Positions 46,769 through 54,871 of a stretch of DNA of 64,000 nt are shown piece after piece. The notes under the pieces were generated by a model, which made no database searches, was not told where the DNA came from, and saw only the letters and a program-made list of their open reading frames with translations. A program made the translations under genes and the position numbers. The stretch lies in the NCBI GenBank assembly GCA_947170495.1, contig CAMVUB010000002.1, positions 11,781 to 75,780 on the forward strand, in the 5' to 3' direction. Source of the stretch: an uncultured Prevotellaceae bacterium. Lineage in GTDB: Bacteria > Bacteroidota > Bacteroidia > Bacteroidales > Bacteroidaceae. Each line of letters begins with the position of its first letter. The first letter of the stretch is position 1.

Positions 46769-46899
46769 CCCCGCCCCCTTACCCCTCCCGAAGGGGAGGG
46801 GAGTAATTTCCATCAAGAACTCATATATAATAAATGGATAGCCACGATATATCAAATGATTCTACTCCCCTCCCTCGGGAGGGGCAGGGGGGTGGGGTC
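46767..46899. repeat. GC-rich inverted-repeat junction cassette (arms 46767-46803 and 46865-46899)
   Basis: Same arm family as the two cassettes above, with a 61-nt spacer. Confidence 0.85.
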
Positions 46900-48864
46900 T
46901 CTTACTCCGAAGACAATATCCGCCACCTCTCCGATATGGAGCACGTGCGCACGCGACCCGGTATGTATATCGGTAAGCTGGGCGACGGCTCCCACGCCGA
47001 GGACGGCATCTATGTGTTGCTGAAAGAAGTCATAGACAACTCCATCGATGAGTTCAAGATGAACGCCGGCAAGCGCATCGAGGTGACCATCGACGAGCAC
47101 CTGCGCGTCACCGTGCGCGACTACGGCCGTGGTATCCCCTTGGGCAAGCTGGTGGAAGCCGTGTCGATGTTGAACACGGGTGGTAAGTACGATTCCAAGG
47201 CTTTCAAGAAGAGCGTCGGCCTCAACGGCGTCGGTCTGAAAGCCGTCAACGCCCTCTCCTCGCACTTCGTAGCACAGAGCTTCCGCGATGGCGAGACGCG
47301 CCGCGCCACCTTCGAGTGTGGCCAGCTCGTCACCGACGAAGGCACCGCCAACAGCGGCGCCGCCTCCGTGGTCAACACGCTGACCGCCGACCCCGAGAAC
47401 GGCACCCTCGTCGTCTTCGAACCCGACAACAGCCTCTTCAAGAACTACCTCTTCCGCGATGAGTTCGTGGAGGTGATGCTGCGCAACTACACCTACCTGA
47501 ACACCGGCCTCGCCATCATGTTCAACGGCCGCCGCATCCTCTCCCGCAACGGCCTTGAGGACCTGCTCACCGACACAATGACCACGCAGCCCCTCTACCC
47601 CATCGTACACCTCAAGGGCGAGGACATCGAGATCGCCTTCACCCACACCAACGGACAGTACGGCGAGGAGTACCACAGCTTCGTCAACGGCCAGCACACC
47701 ACCCAGGGCGGTACCCATCAGAGCGCCTTCAAGAAATACATCGCCGAGACCATCAAGGACTTCTCCGGCAAGAACTTCGACTACAGCGATATACGCAACG
47801 GCATCGTTGCCGCCATCAGCATCAACATACAGGAACCGTTGTTCGAGAGCCAGACGAAGATCAAACTGGGCTCGCTCTCCACAGAGCCCAACGGCGGCGG
47901 TATCTCCATCGATAAGTTCATCGGTGACTTCGTGAAGGAGCAGGTCGATAACTACCTGCGCCGTAATCCCGAGGTGGCCGAGGTGCTGCTGCAGAAGGTC
48001 GGCGAGAGCGAGCGCGAGCGCAAGGCGATGGCCGGCGTGGCCAAGCTCGCCCGCGAGCGCAGCAAGAAAGCCAACCTGCACAACCGCAAGCTACGCGACT
48101 GCAAGATACATTTCAACGACCCCAAGGGCGAGCGCAAGGAAGACTCCTGCATCTTCATCACCGAGGGCGACTCCGCCAGCGGCAGCATCACCAAGAGCCG
48201 CGACGTGATGACGCAGGCCGTCTTCTCCCTCCGAGGCAAGCCCCTGAACTGCTTCGGCCTCACCAAGAAAGTGGTCTATGAGAACGAGGAGTTCAATCTC
48301 CTGCAGGCAGCCTTGAACATCGAGGATGGCCTCGACGGCCTGCGCTATAACAAAGTCATCGTGGCCACGGATGCCGATGTCGATGGCATGCATATCCGTC
48401 TGCTGATGATCACCTTCTTCCTGCAGTTCTTCCCCGAACTCATCAAGAAGGGACACGTCTATATCCTACAGACGCCGCTCTTCCGCGTGCGCCAGCGTCG
48501 CAAGAAGCTCTCCAAAGCGCGCTTAGAGGCCATTGGCGAGGCAGACTCCAAGGGTGACTTCATCACGCGCTACTGCTACAGCGAGGAGGAACGCCAGCAG
48601 AACATCGAAGCCCTCGGGCCGGAGCCTGAGATCACGCGCTTCAAAGGTCTCGGTGAAATCAGCCCCGATGAATTCCGCGGTTTCATCGGCGAAGACATCC
48701 GTCTGGAACAGGTCTCGCTGCATAAGAGTGACCAGGTAGCAGAGCTGCTGGAGTACTACATGGGCAAGAACACCCTCGAACGCCAGAACTTCATCATCGA
48801 CAACCTCGTCATCGAAGAAGATAGGGCAGAGGATGAGGAGGAAGAGCATGAATATAAGGTATAG
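46834..48864 (+). CDS. parE: Type IIA topoisomerase subunit B (topoisomerase IV ParE-type)
   Basis: [15 protein letters not shown] ATPase motifs, Toprim ([14 protein letters not shown]). The first ~22 codons are encoded by the repeat cassette. Confidence 0.85.
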   Translation: MDSHDISNDSTPLPREGQGGGVSYSEDNIRHLSDMEHVRTRPGMYIGKLGDGSHAEDGIYVLLKEVIDNSIDEFKMNAGKRIEVTIDEHLRVTVRDYGRGIPLGKLVEAVSMLNTGGKYDSKAFKKSVGLNGVGLKAVNALSSHFVAQSFRDGETRRATFECGQLVTDEGTANSGAASVVNTLTADPENGTLVVFEPDNSLFKNYLFRDEFVEVMLRNYTYLNTGLAIMFNGRRILSRNGLEDLLTDTMTTQPLYPIVHLKGEDIEIAFTHTNGQYGEEYHSFVNGQHTTQGGTHQSAFKKYIAETIKDFSGKNFDYSDIRNGIVAAISINIQEPLFESQTKIKLGSLSTEPNGGGISIDKFIGDFVKEQVDNYLRRNPEVAEVLLQKVGESERERKAMAGVAKLARERSKKANLHNRKLRDCKIHFNDPKGERKEDSCIFITEGDSASGSITKSRDVMTQAVFSLRGKPLNCFGLTKKVVYENEEFNLLQAALNIEDGLDGLRYNKVIVATDADVDGMHIRLLMITFFLQFFPELIKKGHVYILQTPLFRVRQRRKKLSKARLEAIGEADSKGDFITRYCYSEEERQQNIEALGPEPEITRFKGLGEISPDEFRGFIGEDIRLEQVSLHKSDQVAELLEYYMGKNTLERQNFIIDNLVIEEDRAEDEEEEHEYKV

Positions 48865-48883
48865 GGGGAACAATTAAGCATAC

Positions 48884-49408
48884 ATGAGTAACCACCATAT
48901 CACAAATGATTCTACTCCCCTCCCCCCCCGGGAGGGGCAGGGGGGTGGGGTCTTATTATTCCCAGGCAGCTTCGACCCTTTCACCCTTGGCCACGCAGAC
49001 GTGGTTGAGCGTGCGCTGCAGCTGTTCGACGAGGTGGTGATTGCGGTGGGCATCAACGAGCAGAAGGCCGGATGGATACCTGTCGAGGAACGAGTGCGAG
49101 CCATACGTATATTATATAAGGAACAGGCGCGCGTGCGCGTGGAGAGCTACAGCGGCCTCACCACCGATTTTGCCTATTCCATCGGTGCAAAAGCCATCCT
49201 GCGGGGCGTGCGCAGCATCAAGGACTTCGAGTACGAGATGCAGATGGCCGACGTCAACCGCCAGCTCACAGGCATCGACACCGTCGTCCTCTTCACCGAT
49301 CCCCGCTACGCCTCCCTCTCCAGCTCCCTCGTCCGCGAGCTCGCCCACTTCGGCAAGGACATCACAGCCTTCCTGCCGGAAGGTTTTCTATTGAAGAATG
49401 TTGATTGA
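48884..49408 (+). CDS. coaD: Pantetheine-phosphate adenylyltransferase
   Basis: FPGSFDPFTLGH plus SSSLVRE. The N-terminal 22 aa come from a half cassette. Confidence 0.85.
   Translation: MSNHHITNDSTPLPPREGQGGGVLLFPGSFDPFTLGHADVVERALQLFDEVVIAVGINEQKAGWIPVEERVRAIRILYKEQARVRVESYSGLTTDFAYSIGAKAILRGVRSIKDFEYEMQMADVNRQLTGIDTVVLFTDPRYASLSSSLVRELAHFGKDITAFLPEGFLLKNVD
48915..48952 (+). repeat. Solo right arm of the same cassette family
   Basis: CTCCCCTCCCCCCCCGGGAGGGGCAGGGGGGTGGGGTC. It is preceded by the same ATATCA(C/A)AAATGATTCTA motif as the parE copy. Confidence 0.8.
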
Positions 49409-49505
49409 TGATTGATGAATATAATAAGTTACTATGAAAAGATTCCTATACATAGCGATTGCTCTTCTTTTGCAATCATCAATCATCAATCATCAATCAT
49501 CAATT
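49401..49505. repeat. Inverted heptamer arrays bracketing the ctp start codon
   Basis: TTGATTGATGATTGATGA (49401-49418) versus (CAATCAT)x4 (49473-49505). Confidence 0.8.
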
Positions 49506-51044
49506 AAGGCGCAGCCTTCCTCTGACCCTCGCGAGCAGGCGATACGCAAGCTCATACAGAGCACGGTGATGATCAACCAGCTGTATGTTGATACCGTCAA
49601 CCTCAACCGCCAGGTAGAGGATGCCATCACGGGGATGCTCTCCAAGCTCGACCCCCATTCCACCTACACCAACGCCGAGGACACCAAGAAGATGAACGAG
49701 CCGCTGCAGGGTAACTTCGACGGCATCGGCGTGCAGTTCAACATGCTGGAGGACACGCTCGTCGTCATCCAACCCGTGGCCGGCGGCCCCTCGGAGAAGA
49801 AAGGCATCCTGGCCGGCGACCGCATCGTCAGCGTCAACGACACCGCCATTGCCGGCGTGAAGATGAGCCGCGAGAACATCATGAGCCGCCTGCGTGGCCC
49901 GCGCGGCACCAAGGTGAAGCTGGGCATCGTCCGTCGCGGCATCAAAGATGTGCTGACCTTCAACATCACCCGCGATAAGATCCCCGTCAAGTCCGTAGAT
50001 GCTGCCTATATCGCGGCACCCGGCATCGGCCTCATCCGTTTCAGCAACTTCTCAGCCACCACACACGACGAAGTCGTCGATGCCATCAAGCAGCTGAAGC
50101 GCCAGGGCATGCAGTCCCTCATCCTCGACCTTCAAGGCAATGGCGGCGGCTATCTCGGTGCGGCCGTGGAGATTGTCAGCGAGCTGCTGCCCAAGGGCGA
50201 GCTCATCGTGGACACACGCGGTCGCGACGGCATCCGCGTGGCTGAATACCGCTCCTCGGGCGGTGGCCTGTTCACCGACGGGTGCCTCGTGGTGCTCGTG
50301 GATGAGCACTCCGCCTCGGCAGCCGAGATCCTGTCCGGCGCCATTCAAGACCACGACCGCGGCACTATCATCGGGCGCCGCACCTTCGGTAAAGGCCTCG
50401 TGCAACGCCCCATATCTCTTGAGGACGGCAGTATGATACGCCTCACCGTAGCCCGCTACTACACCCCCTCGGGCCGTTGCATCCAGAAGCCTTATGAGAA
50501 AGGTGATGCGAAGAGTTACGCTCGTGATGTCATCGACCGCTACAACCGCGGTGAGCTCACCAATGCCGACAGCATCCACTTCCCCGACTCGCTGCGCTAT
50601 AAGACCCTGAAAAAGGGGCGCACCGTCTATGGCGGCGGTGGCATCATGCCCGACATCTTCGTGCCACTCGACACCACCCGCTACACACGCCTCTACCGCG
50701 AGCTCACCGCCCGCAGCTATATCAACAACGCCAGCCTCCACTATATGGACGAGCACCGCAAGCAGCTCAGTAAGCAGTACAAGAGCTTCGACGACTTCTG
50801 CGCCACGTTCACAATGCCCCAGGACGTCCTCGATGACATCCTCGCCGACGCCGCCAAGAAGGACAGCCTGCAGGCCCGCGACGACGACGAGCTGCAGCGC
50901 ACCCTACAGAACATGCGCCATGTCCTCAAAGGCCTCGTCGCACGCGACCTATGGGACTACAGCGAATACTTCCAGATCATCTATGCCGACGACCCCGTCG
51001 TCGCCAAAGCCATCGAAGTCCTCTCCGCCACCAAGAAGGACTGA
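49434..51044 (+). CDS. ctp: S41-family C-terminal processing peptidase
   Basis: PDZ region, the catalytic-Ser block EHSASAAEI and the Lys block RRTFGKG. Has a signal peptide. Confidence 0.85.
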   Translation: MKRFLYIAIALLLQSSIINHQSSIKAQPSSDPREQAIRKLIQSTVMINQLYVDTVNLNRQVEDAITGMLSKLDPHSTYTNAEDTKKMNEPLQGNFDGIGVQFNMLEDTLVVIQPVAGGPSEKKGILAGDRIVSVNDTAIAGVKMSRENIMSRLRGPRGTKVKLGIVRRGIKDVLTFNITRDKIPVKSVDAAYIAAPGIGLIRFSNFSATTHDEVVDAIKQLKRQGMQSLILDLQGNGGGYLGAAVEIVSELLPKGELIVDTRGRDGIRVAEYRSSGGGLFTDGCLVVLVDEHSASAAEILSGAIQDHDRGTIIGRRTFGKGLVQRPISLEDGSMIRLTVARYYTPSGRCIQKPYEKGDAKSYARDVIDRYNRGELTNADSIHFPDSLRYKTLKKGRTVYGGGGIMPDIFVPLDTTRYTRLYRELTARSYINNASLHYMDEHRKQLSKQYKSFDDFCATFTMPQDVLDDILADAAKKDSLQARDDDELQRTLQNMRHVLKGLVARDLWDYSEYFQIIYADDPVVAKAIEVLSATKKD

Positions 51045-51094
51045 GCCCACAGAAGCGCAAGATTTGGGCGATGGAGTGCGGGGTATTGATTAAT

Positions 51095-51160
51095 CCATCA
51101 TGATGGATTGATTGTGCCATCATGATGGATTAATGGAGCCATCGTGATGGATTCATCGAA
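51095..51160 (+). repeat. 3 x 22-bp tandem repeat with 12-bp palindromic core CCATCATGATGG
   Basis: Cores lie at 51095, 51117 and 51139. The third is CCATCGTGATGG. Confidence 0.9.
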
Positions 51161-51210
51161 ACAAAGGGGGGCAAGGGTTCAAAGATTCAAGGTTTCAAGG
51201 TTCCAAAGGT

Positions 51211-51864
51211 TCAATTCGAGACGGTGAGGGTGCTGCCGGAGGGGTAGAAGGTGGCGCGGTAGCGGAAGAGGGAGCGGCCGGTGGGGCCGTCGATGACGAT
51301 GCCTTGGGTGTTGAGGTCATAGCGGCGACCGCAGCGGGGACATTCGGCCCGCTGGCTCTCGCGGAGGGTGAGGTTGCGGGTGATGGAAGCTTCCTCGTAG
51401 CAGTTGGCGCAGGCGAGGTCATAGCATACGACATTGGCCTGCGTGCTCAGCTGCTCGGCCATAATGGGGGTACCTACGATGAGGCCGCTGAGGCCAAGTA
51501 CGAAGTTGGACTTACGCTCCAGCTCGGTGAGCTCGTGGACGTAGTCCTCACGCAAGCCGGGGCTGTGGAAGACGTAGGTGTTGTTGTGGGCGGTGATGGT
51601 GCAGAACTCGCCCGGGTTGTTGAGGGAGCTGTTGAGCTGGGGAATAAGGTTGGTGGCCGAGAGGGTCAGGCGAACGAGGATGTTGCTGTAGGGCTGCTCG
51701 GCTTTCTCGCAAGAGGAGAGGAGGATGGAAAGATTGAAAAATTGAAAGATTGAAAGAAGGAGGAGGAGATGGTGGGGGGAATGAGGCCTATTGGGCTTAT
51801 GGGCCTTATAAGGCTTATAGGGCTTATGGGCCGAATGGGCGTTATGGGGAAAGGAAAAGTTCAA
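51211..51864 (-). CDS. Hypothetical lipoprotein with CxxC...CxxC zinc-ribbon-like C-terminal half
   Basis: Lipobox LLSSC; CANCYE...CPRCGRRY. TTG is the only start before the signal peptide, 10 nt after the argH stop. The His/Lys/Pro-rich n-region comes from a 9-bp tandem repeat. Confidence 0.5.
   Translation of the reverse strand: MNFSFPHNAHSAHKPYKPYKAHKPNRPHSPHHLLLLLSIFQFFNLSILLSSCEKAEQPYSNILVRLTLSATNLIPQLNSSLNNPGEFCTITAHNNTYVFHSPGLREDYVHELTELERKSNFVLGLSGLIVGTPIMAEQLSTQANVVCYDLACANCYEEASITRNLTLRESQRAECPRCGRRYDLNTQGIVIDGPTGRSLFRYRATFYPSGSTLTVSN
51785..51849 (-). repeat. 9-bp in-frame tandem repeat (GGGCTTATG-like x7) inside lipoprotein 5' end
   Basis: Encodes the HKPYKPYKAHKPNRPH-type tract. 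Confidence 0.75.
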
Positions 51865-51876
51865 TCTTTCAATTCT

Positions 51877-53217
51877 TCAACAGCCGGTGAGGGCTTTTTC
51901 GGCGGCGGCGACTTTGTCGAAGGGGAAGCCGACGAGGATGTCTTGCATGAGGGCGGCGATGTCGGCGGTACAGAGGTTGCCAATGGAGCCGGCATGGGTG
52001 TGGTGCACCTCCTTGACGGGGGTAAACTGGCCGGCTTCGATGTCGAGGCCCACCTTGCGGTAGGCATCGCGGAAGGGCATGCCGTCGGCTGCGAGGCGAT
52101 TGACTTCCTCGACGGAGAACATCAGGTCGTAGCGGGGATCGTCAAGGATGTGGTCGTTGACCTGCATCTTATTGATGATATAGGTGGTCATGGTGAGGCA
52201 GTCCTTGAGCTCAGCGAAGGCGGGCAGGAAGACTTCCTTGATGATCTGCAGGTCGCGGAAATAGCCGCTGGGGAGGTTGTTCATGATGAGCATGACCTGC
52301 TGGGGCAAGGCCTGCAGCTTGTTGCACTTGGCGCGCGTGAGCTCGAAGACGTCGGGGTTCTTCTTATGGGGCATAATGCTGGAGCCTGTGGTGCACTCGG
52401 CGGGTAGCTTCACGAAGGCGAAGTTCTGGGAGTTGAACAGGCAGGCATCGAAGGCGAGCTTGGCGATGGTGCCGGCCACGGAAGCGAGGGCGAAGCTGAC
52501 GTTGCGCTCCATTTTACCGCGCCCCATCTGGGCATAGACGACGTTGTAGGCCATGGAGTCGAAGCCGAGGAGGTCTGTGGTCATCTGGCGGTCGAGGGGG
52601 AAGCTGGAGCCGTAGCCTGCTGCGGAGCCCAAGGGGTTGCGGTTGACCATCTTATAGGCGGCCTGCAGGAAGAGCATATCGTCGGTGAGGCTCTCGGCAT
52701 AGGCTCCAAACCAGAGTCCGAAGCTGGATGGCATCGCCACCTGAAGGTGTGTGTAGCCGGGCATGAGCACGTTCTTATAGCGCTCGCTCTGTGCCTGCAG
52801 CTCATCGAAGAGTGTCTTCACGAGCTCCACAATGTCGCGGAGCTGGCGGCGCGTCCACAGCTTCAGATCCATGAGGACCTGATCGTTGCGTGAGCGCCCG
52901 CTGTGGATCTTCTTACCGACGTCACCGAGGCGGCGCGTGAGGAGGAGCTCCACCTGAGAGTGCACGTCCTCGACGCCCTCCTCGATCTGGAACTCGCCGG
53001 CGCGTATGTCCTTGAGGATATTGCGGAGCTCGGCGAGGAGGAGGCGCAGCTCGTCGGCAGTGAGGAGGCCGATGCTCTCGAGCATGGTGATATGGGCCAT
53101 GGAGCCCATGACATCGCTTTCGGCGAGGTAGGCGTCCAACTCGCGGTCGCGCCCTACGGTGAACCGCTCAATCTCGGCGGTGGGCGTCACATTCTTCTGC
53201 CAGAGTTTATTAACCAT
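51877..53217 (-). CDS. argH: Argininosuccinate lyase
   Basis: 446 aa with the fumarate-lyase signature GSSIMPHKKNP. Confidence 0.9.
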   Translation of the reverse strand: MVNKLWQKNVTPTAEIERFTVGRDRELDAYLAESDVMGSMAHITMLESIGLLTADELRLLLAELRNILKDIRAGEFQIEEGVEDVHSQVELLLTRRLGDVGKKIHSGRSRNDQVLMDLKLWTRRQLRDIVELVKTLFDELQAQSERYKNVLMPGYTHLQVAMPSSFGLWFGAYAESLTDDMLFLQAAYKMVNRNPLGSAAGYGSSFPLDRQMTTDLLGFDSMAYNVVYAQMGRGKMERNVSFALASVAGTIAKLAFDACLFNSQNFAFVKLPAECTTGSSIMPHKKNPDVFELTRAKCNKLQALPQQVMLIMNNLPSGYFRDLQIIKEVFLPAFAELKDCLTMTTYIINKMQVNDHILDDPRYDLMFSVEEVNRLAADGMPFRDAYRKVGLDIEAGQFTPVKEVHHTHAGSIGNLCTADIAALMQDILVGFPFDKVAAAEKALTGC

Positions 53218-53288
53218 AACGATAACGAAAACCTTAACGTTAACCCTAACCTTAACCTTAAACGCTCAACGATAAACGTTAAACGAAA

Positions 53289-53765
53289 TTAGTACGGGAT
53301 CATGGAGAGCATTTCGGCGAGTTTCTCGACGCCTTCCTGCAGGGGCTTCTTGGCCATCTGCTTGATGAAGAAGTTGAGTTCAGCGCCGATGGTGCATCTC
53401 ATCTTGCTCTCATAGGGGGCCGTGGGCAACACCTGAATCCACAGGTTGGCGGCGATGGGTGCGCCCTCGACCTGGAACTTCACACATTTGGGCTCGTCGC
53501 GCTCCACAATGCGGAGCGTGACGTTGCCCATGGGTGTGCCTTCGATGCTGACGGTGTCCTCGGTGAACGCCAGCTGCTGGGCCATCTGCTGGATCTGTGC
53601 GAGCTTGTCCTCGGGCACTTGCCCGGTGGCCCGCAGCTGGTCCACGACGGCCGGGTCACTGAAGCGCTCCTTCAAGCCTTCGAGGTTGCGGAGGTCTGCG
53701 AGCTTGGCGAAGACGCTCGTCTGCGGATAATGAATCTGCTTTACGCTGCTTTCGAACTTTGTCAT
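53289..53765 (-). CDS. SRPBCC (START/polyketide-cyclase-like) family protein
   Basis: 158 aa. Its ATGA overlaps the pyrE stop. The family call is by overall pattern only. Confidence 0.5.
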   Translation of the reverse strand: MTKFESSVKQIHYPQTSVFAKLADLRNLEGLKERFSDPAVVDQLRATGQVPEDKLAQIQQMAQQLAFTEDTVSIEGTPMGNVTLRIVERDEPKCVKFQVEGAPIAANLWIQVLPTAPYESKMRCTIGAELNFFIKQMAKKPLQEGVEKLAEMLSMIPY

Positions 53766-54394
53766 GCGTTCCAGTGTGCAGGGTCTTTACGCCATGCGTT
53801 TAAGAGTTCCACTTCGCTCTTCTTGATGTAGCCCGTGGCAAGTGCCTCCTCGACGACAGCCTCGTAGTTGGTGAGGGTGATGAGCTCCACCTTGGCCTCC
53901 TTGAATGCCTTCTCAGCGACAGAGAAACCGTAGGTGTAAGCAGCTACCATACCAACGACCTCACAGCCGTTGAGGCGGATGGCCTCGACAGCCTTCAGGG
54001 AGCTGCCGCCCGTGGAGATGAGGTCCTCGACAACAACGACCTTCATGCCAGGCTTCAGCTCGCCCTCGATGAGGTTCTCAAGGCCGTGGTCCTTGGGTTT
54101 CGAGCGCACATAGACGAAGGGCAGTGCGAGGGCATCAGCCACCATAGCGCCTTGCGGGATGGCTCCCGTGGCAACGCCGGCTATGGCCTCCACCTCGGGG
54201 AAGCGCTCCATGATGATGCGCGCCGTCTCGAGCTTCACGAAGCTACGCAGATCGGGGTACGAGAGCGTCTTGCGGTTGTCGCAGTAGAAGGGTGACTTCC
54301 AGCCGCTGGCCCATGTGAAGGGGTTGGTGGGCTGCAGTTTGATAGCCTTCACCTTCAACAGCTTGGACGCGAAAATCTGTTCCAGAGTTTTCAT
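53762..54394 (-). CDS. pyrE: Orotate phosphoribosyltransferase
   Basis: PRPP-binding motif VVVVEDLISTGGS. Confidence 0.9.
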   Translation of the reverse strand: MKTLEQIFASKLLKVKAIKLQPTNPFTWASGWKSPFYCDNRKTLSYPDLRSFVKLETARIIMERFPEVEAIAGVATGAIPQGAMVADALALPFVYVRSKPKDHGLENLIEGELKPGMKVVVVEDLISTGGSSLKAVEAIRLNGCEVVGMVAAYTYGFSVAEKAFKEAKVELITLTNYEAVVEEALATGYIKKSEVELLNAWRKDPAHWNA

Positions 54395-54405
54395 AAAGAA
54401 AGAAA

Positions 54406-54871
<466 letters not shown>

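Noticed and set aside
51095-51160. A CRISPR array, considered for this and the other tandem arrays.
   Set aside because: The periods are 7-22 bp with no unique spacers of 25-40 bp, and there are no cas genes. These are degenerate micro- or minisatellites.
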